Of a DNA stretch of 64,000 nt, positions 9,242 through 19,374 are shown piece by piece; the stretch's first letter is position 1, and each line of letters begins with the position of its first letter. The position numbers and the translations under genes are program-made. Below the pieces are notes generated by a model. It saw only the letters and a list, made by a program, of their open reading frames with translations, did no database searches and was not told where the DNA came from. Source of the stretch: a bacterium (lineage in GTDB: Bacteria > Zixibacteria > MSB-5A5 > GN15 > FEB-12); assembly GCA_043811375.1 (NCBI GenBank), contig JBDRNJ010000006.1:32001-96000 (forward strand), read 5' to 3'.

Positions 9242-10042
9242 ATGGCAAAGTGGTCAAAAGAAGAAGCGTTGCGGGAGCTTCATCGGTTGCGAGTCGCGAC
9301 AGAAGAATTGAAATCCCAGCGAAGATATTCTGCAGATCACACGCGGTGGCTGGTCAACTGTCTTGAGCTTCTAGAGGATGTTTTTGGGCATGATTCGCGG
9401 TACTACATGACCTTTGCCAAGCTAGAGTGGCAGCGTACTGGTACCGTTCTTGTAGGCGGCCCTGGTGATCCTTGGGGCAGCCGTAATCCCGCAGCAGCAC
9501 TGGAACGTGAACATCAGGAAGCCTACGTGGCGACTCTGGACAGCGCGTCAGGACTTCTGCAAGCGGCATCCGACTTGTTAGAACAATCCGAATTGGCAGA
9601 GGTATACCAAGGCAAGGATACTCCACCCGAATCAAGCGCAATAGTAAGAATCATTAACCTGTGTGACAGGCAATTACGAAAGGTAATTAGGGACAAACCA
9701 CGGAAAGAAAAAGAGGTTCAAGATGGCTTGGAGAATCTACTAATAGGAGCTACCGTTGAATATGCGCGGGAATCAGATCACATTGAGTTTTCTTCGAAGA
9801 CATATGTTCCTGATTTCACATTCTCGAAAATCGATTTAGCACTGGAAGTAAAACTTTGCGGCAGTAATGAACGAGAAAAAGCAATGATAGGCGAAATAAG
9901 TGATGATATCCTCGCCTACCAGACGAAATATGGAAACTTGCTGTTTGTCATTTATGACAATGGTTTCATAAGGGATACCGACAGATTCAAGCGGGATTTC
10001 GAGAGATCCGAGAACGTCATCATTGTGGTCGTGAAGCATTAG
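9242..10042 (+). CDS. PD-(D/E)XK nuclease, DpnII/MboI-like C-terminal domain
   Basis: YVPDF...LALEVK...DDILAY...LFVIYD pattern; GAGGAG RBS favours ATG 9242. Confidence 0.75.
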   Translation: MAKWSKEEALRELHRLRVATEELKSQRRYSADHTRWLVNCLELLEDVFGHDSRYYMTFAKLEWQRTGTVLVGGPGDPWGSRNPAAALEREHQEAYVATLDSASGLLQAASDLLEQSELAEVYQGKDTPPESSAIVRIINLCDRQLRKVIRDKPRKEKEVQDGLENLLIGATVEYARESDHIEFSSKTYVPDFTFSKIDLALEVKLCGSNEREKAMIGEISDDILAYQTKYGNLLFVIYDNGFIRDTDRFKRDFERSENVIIVVVKH

Positions 10043-10320
10043 GAATTGCGTTGTATGGATTCTGGTTGGGCGCTCGCCGAATTGTCATTGGGAAGATGCA
10101 CTTCTTGGAATTCGAAACTACAGCCGTTTGGACGCAACCGTATCTACACGGAGAATACCGAGAGCTGCAGGGCTTTAGCCCATTGGAGACCGGGGGAATT
10201 CAAAGCCGATGGTTCGCGAATCGTTCAACTCGAAGTATAGAGATGGTGAGTGAATCTGTAGTTACCGCAGACTTTTCGTCTCACCGGACTGGGTAATCAA
10301 GAAAGGAAAGAAAGATAAAT

Positions 10321-10527
10321 ATGTCAGACGTAAAATACTGGTTTGGATTCAGACAGACGTCACCAAAACCACCTGGTCAAGCTATAGCCTGCGGTCCCTA
10401 TTCAACGCAAGAAGAAGCCCGGATCGAGAGGGAAAAAGCCAAAGCATGGGACTGTGAGGTTTCCATTCCATATATGGCATCAACTCAAAAAGAAGCAAAA
10501 GAAAAGGCAAAAGAGTTTATGTCATGA
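10321..10527 (+). CDS. small hypothetical protein (68 aa)
   Basis: AAAGGAAAG RBS, ATG start, inside islet. Confidence 0.6.
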   Translation: MSDVKYWFGFRQTSPKPPGQAIACGPYSTQEEARIEREKAKAWDCEVSIPYMASTQKEAKEKAKEFMS

Positions 10528-10864
10528 CGTTCATAATCACAATCAGCCAGGTTGCACACCATTTCATGGGGGGATTCACTGAACGCTGGTGGCAATCCAC
10601 CTCCCGTCCACCCGGTAGCCCACATAACAGATCGGTTCTTTCAGCTCACTAGCGCAAGAACTCAATCCTAACGGTTCGTAAATCATTCAGTTCGGGGGTA
10701 TTTTGAATCAGGAAATAGTATCTGGGAAACAGGGTCAGTGTAATCGCACCCAAACAAGTTTGAGGGTGCCACCCGTCGGTCGCTCCCCGGGTCAAACGCC
10801 CGGTAGTCGGCTCAACTCGTTTTCGGCTAACGCAATAGCTTCGCCAATAATTTTCAAAAACGGT

Positions 10865-10893
10865 TTGACACGGGCGTCGAACAGGCATATATT
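10865..10893 (+). promoter_or_regulatory. sigma70-type promoter
   Basis: TTGACA-N17-TATATT. Confidence 0.65.
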
Positions 10894-10971
10894 CGTTAGT
10901 CGATTTCAGCCCTCTGTGCGTCTGTAAGAGAGTTGGAAAAACAGGTGTTTATGAATAAAGGAGTTGAGAGT

Positions 10972-12504
10972 ATGAAGTCCTGCCTGATAAGCTGTGCTGT
11001 GTTGATAGTAATACTGGCCGGTACCGGTGCGGCACAAACCTCGCAAGATTATGAGTACATTAATTATATCATGGAGAGACCTTTCGTCGAAGGCTACCAC
11101 TTCGATTTCACCGGTGGTGGTGCTCGCGCCGAGGGCATGGGTAAGGCTTTCATCGCTGTTTCTGACGACATAACTGCCGGTAGCTGGAACCCGGCTGGTC
11201 TGTATGTCCAGGAGAAACCGATCATCTCGCTCAGTTGGGCATCTTTGGATCCGCGGGGTTCGACCAATTCGAACGTATTCGAAGGCAGTGCGATATTCGA
11301 TCACAGCGGTCGCTTCAGCGGGATTTCAGCCTTCAGCTTCATAGCACCCCTGAGAATCAAGGGGCACCATTTTGTCGGCTCATTCAGTCTAACGCGCAAT
11401 TTCGATGAGTTTCAGGGTGACGGCTTTGTCGGGCACGGTGACAGCATCAGTAATATCGCCGGGCAGGATATGTTCAATGTCTCTTCGGACTTCCACTATG
11501 TCTCAGAATTGCAGGGCGGGCTCAATTCTGTCAATATCGGTTTCGGTACTCGAGTTTATCGCAATCTCTCGTTTGGCGCCAGCATGAACGTCTATACCGG
11601 GAAAATGGTGCGTGACCAGTATTTTGATGCTTTTGAGAGGTGGGTGTCTTTGAAACCGGATGTGGTCGATAGTAGACGGATTACCGGTCACGCCACTATC
11701 CTTGATACCAGCAGCTTTTCAGGATACAACGTTAATATCGGTTTCAAGTTGAAGGGGGAGGCTCTGGATGTTGGTCTGGTGGTGCGGACACCATTCTCTC
11801 TGAACATCAATACAGGCCGGTCAATCTACACTATTAACCGACGAGCCGCTCTGGATCAAGGTCAACTGGTCACGGTTGGTTCTGATACTGTATATTTTGA
11901 TGATCTACTGACTAAATACAGTATGCCTCTGATGATCGGCGCCGGGGTTGTCTGGCGAGCTTCTGAGAAGTGGCTGCTGGCGACCGATATCGAGTATCGC
12001 GGTTTCAGCAGCGGTCAAGTCGAACGGCGAGACTCTTTGCGCATTGACCCGGGCGGAAGCAACGAAGAGTACTATACTAAAATTGACCCGCGGTGGAATG
12101 ACGTGTTCACAGTCCGTTTGGGAACCGAGTACTTGCATCAGACCGGTATCGGCCTGATTCCGCTACGGGCCGGTTTTGGTTATCTGCCCACTCCGGCACC
12201 CAGTATCGACGTTGACGGACGAACCTCGTCAGCGGTCAACTACAACCTGTCGCTGGGATTTGGTATTCACTGGAATCAGATCCATCTAGACTGGGGCTAC
12301 ACGTATTCGATAATTGATTGGGAAATGTCTGACCAATATGAACCTGTCAACGACCCTGATCAACCCCGCATCGTCCGCAATCGCCACAACGATTGGGCCT
12401 ATACACTCACCAAGGAAACCTGGGAAGACACCGATCCGAGCGTTATTATGGAACAGAAAAACCGCAACCATCACCTGAGTTTCACGTTCACCGGGTATTT
12501 CTAA
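10972..12504 (+). CDS. outer-membrane beta-barrel (FadL/PorV-like family)
   Basis: signal peptide, GGGARAEGMG.AF.A..DD.TA..WNPAGL motif, C-terminal FTFTGYF; AAGGAG RBS before ATG 10972. Confidence 0.8.
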   Translation: MKSCLISCAVLIVILAGTGAAQTSQDYEYINYIMERPFVEGYHFDFTGGGARAEGMGKAFIAVSDDITAGSWNPAGLYVQEKPIISLSWASLDPRGSTNSNVFEGSAIFDHSGRFSGISAFSFIAPLRIKGHHFVGSFSLTRNFDEFQGDGFVGHGDSISNIAGQDMFNVSSDFHYVSELQGGLNSVNIGFGTRVYRNLSFGASMNVYTGKMVRDQYFDAFERWVSLKPDVVDSRRITGHATILDTSSFSGYNVNIGFKLKGEALDVGLVVRTPFSLNINTGRSIYTINRRAALDQGQLVTVGSDTVYFDDLLTKYSMPLMIGAGVVWRASEKWLLATDIEYRGFSSGQVERRDSLRIDPGGSNEEYYTKIDPRWNDVFTVRLGTEYLHQTGIGLIPLRAGFGYLPTPAPSIDVDGRTSSAVNYNLSLGFGIHWNQIHLDWGYTYSIIDWEMSDQYEPVNDPDQPRIVRNRHNDWAYTLTKETWEDTDPSVIMEQKNRNHHLSFTFTGYF

Positions 12505-12629
12505 ACAGATCGCTTCAGGCAGGACAGGTCCACAAGAGGTTGCAGGAAAGGATCAAGTGCCGATCTAATATGATGATGATCGGTTGCCGATAATGGCCAC
12601 AGAGCCATGTTCACTAATGGGAGTTCCCA

Positions 12630-13304
12630 ATGTACGGTAAGACCAAGCTGAGTAAAAGACAGATCAAGGAAGATAAATTCACGGTTTTCATGCTGACCGC
12701 CAGGAACCAGGTGCTTGACAACTGGCAGTACCTGGCCCTTGGTTTGATAGTGGTGGTGCTGGCTATTGCCGGTATCGTTTACTACTTCAACTCTCAGCAG
12801 ACACAACGAGAAGAGGCAGCGACACAACTGGCACGAGCCATGCTGGACTACCGGGCCGGAAACAATCAGGTGGCAGTTATGGGTTTGAACCAGGTGGTCC
12901 AGGAATTCGGCGGTGATCAGGTTGCCGAGCAGGCCACATTTATGCTGGGTAGTATCAACTACGAGATCCGCAATTATCCGGAAGCGATCAGTCATTTTGA
13001 GGCTTACCTGTCACACTATCCCGACAATCGTTTCTACCGAGCGGCCTCTCAAGCCGGTATAGCTTCCTGCCTGGAGACTCAGGGCCAGAATCGCCAGGCG
13101 GCCGAAAAGTTTGCTGCCGCCTGCGCAGAATACCTCGATGGGCCGCTGGCCGCCGAGTATAATATGTCGGCGATGCGCAATTATCTTGATGCCGGAGAGA
13201 TAGATCAGGCCAGAACTCATCTGCAGACGCTGCAGGATGATTTTGCCGGTTCGGACCTGGTTAATTGGGCTATTCGCGTATTCCACGAAAAGAGTCCGGG
13301 ATAA
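12630..13304 (+). CDS. membrane-anchored TPR protein (YfgM-like)
   Basis: KRQIKEDKF N-terminus, one TM helix, TPR helices. Confidence 0.75.
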   Translation: MYGKTKLSKRQIKEDKFTVFMLTARNQVLDNWQYLALGLIVVVLAIAGIVYYFNSQQTQREEAATQLARAMLDYRAGNNQVAVMGLNQVVQEFGGDQVAEQATFMLGSINYEIRNYPEAISHFEAYLSHYPDNRFYRAASQAGIASCLETQGQNRQAAEKFAAACAEYLDGPLAAEYNMSAMRNYLDAGEIDQARTHLQTLQDDFAGSDLVNWAIRVFHEKSPG

Positions 13305-13331
13305 GCAGTTCCGTCTGCAGGTAGGTGCCCC

Positions 13332-15461
13332 TTGTCCAATCAGCCTGCTTTGAAGGTCGCCATCCTCTGGCACATGCACCAGCCCGACTATCAACAACCC
13401 GATTCCAAGAGTATGGTTCTGCCGTGGGTGCGTCTCCATGCCACCAAGGACTATCTCGATATGCCGTTGCTGGCCTCCGAATTCGAGAGAGTCCGCCTCA
13501 CTTTCAATCTGGTGCCTTCGCTCATAGAGCAACTCCAACTTTACCTGGATGGCGGCAGCGATCGTCATCTGCAACTGTCTCGCCGGGAAGCTCACAATCT
13601 GTCGGAACCGGACCGGCGTGAGATTCTCGACACTTTTTTCGCCTCTCATCCGCCACGCATGATCGAACCTTACCCACGTTATCATGAACTCTACGCCAAA
13701 ATCAGAAAGAACCTGGGGGATCCGATTCTGCCGGCTCTTTTCTCGTCGGAGGAAATCCGTGACCTGCAGGTGTGGTCCAACCTGGTCTGGGTCGATCCGA
13801 TGTTCCGCGGTGAGGAGCCGATCCGTTCACTTCTTGATAAAGGAAAACATTTCACGGAAGTCGAAAAGCAGGCCCTTCTGGACTGGCAACTACAACTGAT
13901 TGCCCGGATTATTCCAACTTACCGGACTCTTCTCGAAGAAGGTCGTATAGATATTTCTTTTACACCCTATTACCACCCGATTTTGCCGTTACTGTGCGAC
14001 ACCAACAGCGCTCTGGAGGCGGTTCCCGGAATGACACTGCCGCGTCATCGGTTTCAGCACCCGGAGGATGCTCAGTGGCACGTGGCTAGGTCGCAGGAGT
14101 TGTATACTTCTCTGTTTGGTCGCCCAATGAACGGTATGTGGCCCTCTGAGGGCTCCGTATCCGAAGAAGTGGCAGCTTTGCTGATCAAGCAGGGTATCCG
14201 CTGGGCGGCCACTGATGAGGAGATACTGAAGCACTCATTGAACAAAGCAGGCCTGGACCCGGCCGAGAACCCGCAACACAGTGTCTATGAATACGGGCCC
14301 GGTCTGAAACTTTTCTTCCGCGACCACGCCCTGTCAGATCGGATCGGGTTTGTCTACTCGGACTGGGATGCCGACAAAGCAGCAGCGGATTTCATTCATC
14401 ACCTGAAGAACTTGCGGTCGTTGCTGTTGAATCAAATCGACTCGGCCGTAGTGCCGATCATTCTTGACGGAGAGAATTGCTGGGAGTATTTCGCCAACGA
14501 CGGACAGGATTTTCTCCGGCAGACGTACCGGTTGCTCAATGAGGACCCGGAGATTGAAGCCGTCACTATGACCGAGGCAGCCGAGACTATCCCGGCGCGC
14601 CGGCTTCCCCGGTTGTTCGCCGGCTCATGGATTAACCACAGTTTTCGTATCTGGATCGGACATCCGGAAGACAATGCCGCCTGGGAACTGTTGCACCAGG
14701 CCAGAGAGACTCTGGTTCGGTTCGAACAAGACAACCCCGGCTTTGGTGAGCGGAAACTGGCGCTCGCCTGGAAACAGATCTACATCGCCGAGGGCTCTGA
14801 CTGGTGCTGGTGGTATGGCGATGAGCACCGGGGTCAGGGTAATGAGGAGTTCGACCGGATATTCCGACAACATCTCGCGGCAGTATACGACTGTATCGGC
14901 AGGGAAGTTCCTCTGGAGTTTCTCAATCCTATCTACCGGGAAACGGCCATGTCCAGGGCAACACTGCCGGACCAGTTACTCACGCCGGTTATTGACGGAT
15001 GCCGGACGCACTTTTATGAGTGGGCTGGAGCGGGTATCTTTGACTGTCAGGAGGCCGGGGGAGCCATGCATCGGGTCGACCGCTATATCTCAAGAATCTC
15101 CTTTGCCTACGATCAGGAGCAAGTGTATATTTGTCTGGATTTTATGGATCGACGAGCGCTGGATTCTCTGGATCGTCCGGGTTTTCAGTTGACCTTCTTC
15201 ACTCCCGAGGTGAAGCGGGTAAGCTTTGCCGTAACCGCCGATCAGCCCGATGGTGGCCAGACGGGGAAGTTCCGGTATTGCCTGGGAGAGATTCTGGAAG
15301 CAGCAGTGGCGCGATCCTTTCTGTGGCAGCCCGGTTTCGGCACACTCGGCCTGACGGTGACATTACTTGATGGAGATGTGAGTTTGGAGACTCAACCCGA
15401 AGGCGAACCCGTTATGTTGGACGTATATGAACGTAATATGGAGTTGTTCTGGCCTTCATGA
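13332..15461 (+). CDS. glycoside hydrolase family 57 (amylopullulanase-like)
   Basis: HMHQP, YYHPILPLL, GMWPSEG, LDGENCWE, AEGSDWCWW. Confidence 0.93.
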   Translation: MSNQPALKVAILWHMHQPDYQQPDSKSMVLPWVRLHATKDYLDMPLLASEFERVRLTFNLVPSLIEQLQLYLDGGSDRHLQLSRREAHNLSEPDRREILDTFFASHPPRMIEPYPRYHELYAKIRKNLGDPILPALFSSEEIRDLQVWSNLVWVDPMFRGEEPIRSLLDKGKHFTEVEKQALLDWQLQLIARIIPTYRTLLEEGRIDISFTPYYHPILPLLCDTNSALEAVPGMTLPRHRFQHPEDAQWHVARSQELYTSLFGRPMNGMWPSEGSVSEEVAALLIKQGIRWAATDEEILKHSLNKAGLDPAENPQHSVYEYGPGLKLFFRDHALSDRIGFVYSDWDADKAAADFIHHLKNLRSLLLNQIDSAVVPIILDGENCWEYFANDGQDFLRQTYRLLNEDPEIEAVTMTEAAETIPARRLPRLFAGSWINHSFRIWIGHPEDNAAWELLHQARETLVRFEQDNPGFGERKLALAWKQIYIAEGSDWCWWYGDEHRGQGNEEFDRIFRQHLAAVYDCIGREVPLEFLNPIYRETAMSRATLPDQLLTPVIDGCRTHFYEWAGAGIFDCQEAGGAMHRVDRYISRISFAYDQEQVYICLDFMDRRALDSLDRPGFQLTFFTPEVKRVSFAVTADQPDGGQTGKFRYCLGEILEAAVARSFLWQPGFGTLGLTVTLLDGDVSLETQPEGEPVMLDVYERNMELFWPS

Positions 15462-15488
15462 TAAGGGCACCGCTGTTGCCCGGGAGGA

Positions 15489-15908
15489 ATGATGACCGAA
15501 TCGTTTTTCAAAAACGAACCTGACCAACAATCATCGGAAAGCATCCCCGATCTTGAAGATGACGCGACCCAGGCGGCCGATGATACGACGGGTGCTGAGG
15601 AGAGCTTCAGGACGGAAGAGGGTCGAATGGCAGCTATTTTGTCGTACATCCCGTTGATTTGCTTCATACCGTTACTGAACATGAAAGACAATCGGGAAGC
15701 ACGTTTCCATGCCCGTCAGGGTGTCATCCTGTTTCTGATCGAACTGGTAGCGATTCTGTTTCTGGTTGACGGTATCTCTGATTTTATCTTCAAAGGTATC
15801 CTGATTCTGGCTGTTGCCCTGTCTGTGGCCGGTATCTATTTTGCGTTGCAGGGCAAGAGTTACCGACTGCCGGTTATCGGCGATCTGGCCGACCGAACCA
15901 AACTCTGA
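15489..15908 (+). CDS. DUF4870-type membrane protein
   Basis: AILSY, FHARQG, LPVIG motifs; three TM segments. Confidence 0.8.
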   Translation: MMTESFFKNEPDQQSSESIPDLEDDATQAADDTTGAEESFRTEEGRMAAILSYIPLICFIPLLNMKDNREARFHARQGVILFLIELVAILFLVDGISDFIFKGILILAVALSVAGIYFALQGKSYRLPVIGDLADRTKL

Positions 15909-16064
15909 AGGGCTCGCTGTTGGCGTTATCAGGCGTAACGACCGGTTTTCCGGCTGCATAAGCGCTTTGTAGGCGGACGCCGGCGGCGTGAAAATCGCTT
16001 TCAGAATAAGGGTGCATGTATTATCTTAAAGTACAACGAACAAACGTAAATCGGGAGAAAAAAT

Positions 16065-17057
16065 ATGAAAAGGCTTCTGAGCATCCTGCTGATATTGCCG
16101 CTGGTACTCTGGACCGGCTGCGGTGATGATAACGGCACCAACGGTGATGATGATGATAAAATTATCAGGTTGGTGGCCAATACGTCCGTCGGGTCACCAG
16201 ATATCACGATCGTCGACGATCCCGTCTGGGACAGTGTGGCGACCACGACCATTGCGGTCAGTACTACCGTGGCCCCCAAAGTGCGACCGCCGCTGGCCCT
16301 GGGGGTGGCCAATTCGATCAGCCTGAAAGCGATCAAGAAAAACGACAGCCTGTTTATCCAAGCCGTCTGGAGCGATGACAGCCTGCATCTGGTCAAGGAT
16401 GCTTTCGCGGTCTTCTTTGATGAAGGAGGAGGGCTTCAGTTTACCCATCAAAAGGACGCTTACTTCGAAGATCAGTTAATGCTGATGTTTACTCTGCCCG
16501 GCAGTACTTGGTATGATGTCTGGAACTGGCGATCGTTGCAGACGGCCCAGGGTTTCCTGGCCGAGGGCGCCAATTACTATCCTGCTGAAATTGATGATTC
16601 TCTTTATTGGGTTATTGACGATGGTAACAGCAAAGTTTACTGGGTGAATCAACCGATTGGAGAATCTACAACACCGACGTACCTGCACAAGGACGGGTCT
16701 GGTTTCCACGGCCAGGTGATGAATAACCTGGACAGGATGACTTATAGATACTTAAGCGGATGGGAAGATGGTCAGATAATTCCCGGCTGGTCCATCGATA
16801 CCAGTGTTGCCGGTATCGTTGCTACAGCTCCGGAAAGTCGCTGGGATGTGACGTCGGCCTATGCCTACGATTCTGATGTGGACCAGTTTACGGTTGTTCT
16901 GACCCGCAAGCTGAACACCGGCTCGAACGATGACCTGGATCTTTCGACAGTCGGCTCGGTTTCTATGAAGGTTGGGGTGTTCAACAATCAATCGGCATTA
17001 TTGCTGGGTGGTTCGCAGAGAGGTTTTACAAAAGAGTTCTTATTGGTCCTGCCGTAA
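16065..17057 (+). CDS. lipoprotein with EB_dh/DOMON-like (cytochrome b558-type) domain
   Basis: lipobox WTGC; WSDDS, FEDQLMLMF, DVWNWRS, VVLTRKLNTG..DD. Confidence 0.65.
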   Translation: MKRLLSILLILPLVLWTGCGDDNGTNGDDDDKIIRLVANTSVGSPDITIVDDPVWDSVATTTIAVSTTVAPKVRPPLALGVANSISLKAIKKNDSLFIQAVWSDDSLHLVKDAFAVFFDEGGGLQFTHQKDAYFEDQLMLMFTLPGSTWYDVWNWRSLQTAQGFLAEGANYYPAEIDDSLYWVIDDGNSKVYWVNQPIGESTTPTYLHKDGSGFHGQVMNNLDRMTYRYLSGWEDGQIIPGWSIDTSVAGIVATAPESRWDVTSAYAYDSDVDQFTVVLTRKLNTGSNDDLDLSTVGSVSMKVGVFNNQSALLLGGSQRGFTKEFLLVLP

Positions 17058-17209
17058 GCGGGCCGGGTCGCCGACTGAAGCATTTTACTTGTTTTCCAAC
17101 GGGGACTGAGTTGTTCCCTTTATCTACAGGTCTGTCCGCCGGTTGAACAAACTGCCCGGTGTCGGGTATTTATCTACAGATCAGCTAAAACGCATCCGAT
17201 ACATGCACC

Positions 17210-18052
17210 ATGAGGCTGCTCTGCTTAGTGCCGACAACTGCCGTCATGGTGCTGCTTTCGACCGTTTGCCTGTTTGGCCAGGAAGTGCTGCATCCGGCCG
17301 GTTATTCGATCGTAATCCGTTACGACGTAAGCGCTGATACCGTCACTCTCGGTGATACCCTGACTGTCAGCCGGGTGATCCTCAACCAGGAAGCCTTTGA
17401 TCTGACCGGGCTCTATTTTGGTGACAATCTCCCTTCCGAATTCCAGGTGACGGGGTTTTCTGTCTCAATCAACGATACTCAGGTTGATGCCATAACCAGC
17501 GGTCCTTTCCGTGACTCGATCCTGTCCGGGTACGATACCTATTATTGGGTGGTCGATTCTCCTGACACCGCTGAGCATCTCCAGAACCCGCTGGGACCCG
17601 CCGACAGTGCAGTTCTGCAGCTCAGGATTGTAGCCGGTGATCTTGGCGATTATACCCTGCCGTATCATGCAACCGTATTCTATGGAGCGGCGTCCGGTTT
17701 TTTTGTCACCGGCGACTCCGCAGTTGTTACCGTCACTATGGCTTCAGGTGTCGGTGACGATAACCGGCCGGAAGGTTTGCCGGAGGATTTCCTGATTTCA
17801 ACCGCCTATCCCAATCCGTTCAATTCCGAGGCGGTTATTACATACCAAGGAAATTCGGTCAGAGGTCACCGATTGCTGCTTGAAGTTTTTAACGTGTTGG
17901 GTCAGACAGTTACCCGCCGGGAGTTCGACGGTGTGACCGATCAGGGCGAAATCTGCTGGTCGCCGCCATCAAACCTCGGTACGGGCGCTTATTATTACCG
18001 CGTCAGTGCCGGCTCCGCCAGTGCCGAAGGAAAGCTGATGCTGTTGAAATAA
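17210..18052 (+). CDS. secreted protein with DUF11-like domain and C-terminal sorting domain
   Basis: signal peptide; AYPNPFN...FNVLGQ...GAYYYR...KLMLLK. Confidence 0.8.
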   Translation: MRLLCLVPTTAVMVLLSTVCLFGQEVLHPAGYSIVIRYDVSADTVTLGDTLTVSRVILNQEAFDLTGLYFGDNLPSEFQVTGFSVSINDTQVDAITSGPFRDSILSGYDTYYWVVDSPDTAEHLQNPLGPADSAVLQLRIVAGDLGDYTLPYHATVFYGAASGFFVTGDSAVVTVTMASGVGDDNRPEGLPEDFLISTAYPNPFNSEAVITYQGNSVRGHRLLLEVFNVLGQTVTRREFDGVTDQGEICWSPPSNLGTGAYYYRVSAGSASAEGKLMLLK

Positions 18053-18087
18053 GCGATCTGCCCCGTCATTAAATAGGGCTATTTGTC

Positions 18088-19200
18088 ATGAGAAGACTAC
18101 TAACCGTCATGTTGTTGACCGGGTTGATATCCGGTGCCGTACAGGCTGCCCAACAACGAGTCTCGATCCTGTTTGTACATTACTCGGTCGGGACCCAGAT
18201 AACGCAGGGATACTGCTGGGATCCCCAGTATCGTCGGAATATCATCGAGACACTGGACACGATGACAATTGTTGCTTCCTCGGACACGGCTGACATTGTT
18301 TTTCGCAGTTACCGTATGAACAACGAAGGAGCCGGCAACCCGCTCAGCGATACACTGCCGGGTCCCAGTGAAAACTGGTGTGGCTTTGACCGGTTCAGCG
18401 GTTTTGAGTACGACTTCTATGGCGCCGACTACAACCGGATGCGTATCTGGAACAACGACGACGGTTTCTCCGGTGACGCCTTTGCCGGATTGATCGACCA
18501 GTTCTTTAATATTCCGGGCAAAGAAAGCATGTTGTTCTGGAAGATGTTCACGACTCACAATGTGCCCTCAGGATTCCCCGATTCCGTGACAGAAACAGAT
18601 GGCTATGATCTGGTTATAATCAAGAATCCCTTTGCCTGCTGGGCACAGATGACAACGGCGCAATCGGATTCCATCAAGATTCTGTATCAGGCGGTACGGG
18701 ATTCGATCATCAACCATCCCGAAATCAATGTGGCGCTCGCTTTCGGTACCCCCCTGGTGGTCGGTCCGGAACAGGCCGACTCCAGCATGGGCAAGATCAC
18801 CTACCGGTTGGCTACCTGGTTCGCCAGTGACAGTTTTTTCATGCATGACAATACCGGCACCTATCGCAACATCTGGAAATGGGATTCCTATCGAGGTATG
18901 TGTGAGATGAGTCCGGACAGCTCCAACCGTTACTGTCTGAAAAGGCAGTACAGCGTCAGTCCCGGGGGTGGCGATTCGCACCTCAGTCACGCCGGTTCCA
19001 CCGCCGCTCAGGAGAGCATGGTCGGTTTCATTCGGTTGGCAGTGACCGATCTGCTTATTCAGCGGGGTGCTGAACCGGATTTGCCGTCACCTCAACAACG
19101 CCTGGAAATTGACCGCAAGATCAACGACTTCCGGATTGGCGCCGCCACCGAGCAGGAAGTTCTGGGGTTGATCGCCGGCTACAATACCGGCAGCCAATAG
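18088..19200 (+). CDS. secreted hypothetical protein, possibly SGNH-like hydrolase
   Basis: signal peptide AVQA; FVHYSVG near N-terminus, GDSHL near C-terminus. Confidence 0.6.
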   Translation: MRRLLTVMLLTGLISGAVQAAQQRVSILFVHYSVGTQITQGYCWDPQYRRNIIETLDTMTIVASSDTADIVFRSYRMNNEGAGNPLSDTLPGPSENWCGFDRFSGFEYDFYGADYNRMRIWNNDDGFSGDAFAGLIDQFFNIPGKESMLFWKMFTTHNVPSGFPDSVTETDGYDLVIIKNPFACWAQMTTAQSDSIKILYQAVRDSIINHPEINVALAFGTPLVVGPEQADSSMGKITYRLATWFASDSFFMHDNTGTYRNIWKWDSYRGMCEMSPDSSNRYCLKRQYSVSPGGGDSHLSHAGSTAAQESMVGFIRLAVTDLLIQRGAEPDLPSPQQRLEIDRKINDFRIGAATEQEVLGLIAGYNTGSQ

Positions 19201-19374
19201 AGACAAACGGCTACACTATACATCCGGCCCTGTCGCTGGCCTGAAGACAAACCCGCCCATAAGCAGGCGGTGTCTATTTCTTTCGTCTATAGCGTTAAAA
19301 ATCTGCTTGCCAAACAGGTCGGGACAATATATATTGTTCTCAGTCATACGGATGTTCGCGCCACGGAGGATATC

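Larger units (their letters stand above)
9113..10778. mobile_element. small genomic islet at tRNA-Arg 3' end bounded by degenerate direct repeats
   Basis: 9113-9200 and 10693-10778 both start CGGGGGTATTT (tRNA 3' end) and align to ...GAGGGT(A/G)CCACCC; interior more AT-rich; no integrase seen. Confidence 0.65.

Noticed and set aside
10046..10296. Short ORFs inside the islet
   Set aside because: No RBS or recognisable motif; at most a gene remnant
9225..10680. Integron cassette/attC interpretation (GTTATGA at 9225, TCATAAT at 10531, CCTAAC at 10667)
   Set aside because: No complete paired R''/L''/L'/R' structure could be drawn and there is no intI; the direct repeats explain the islet better
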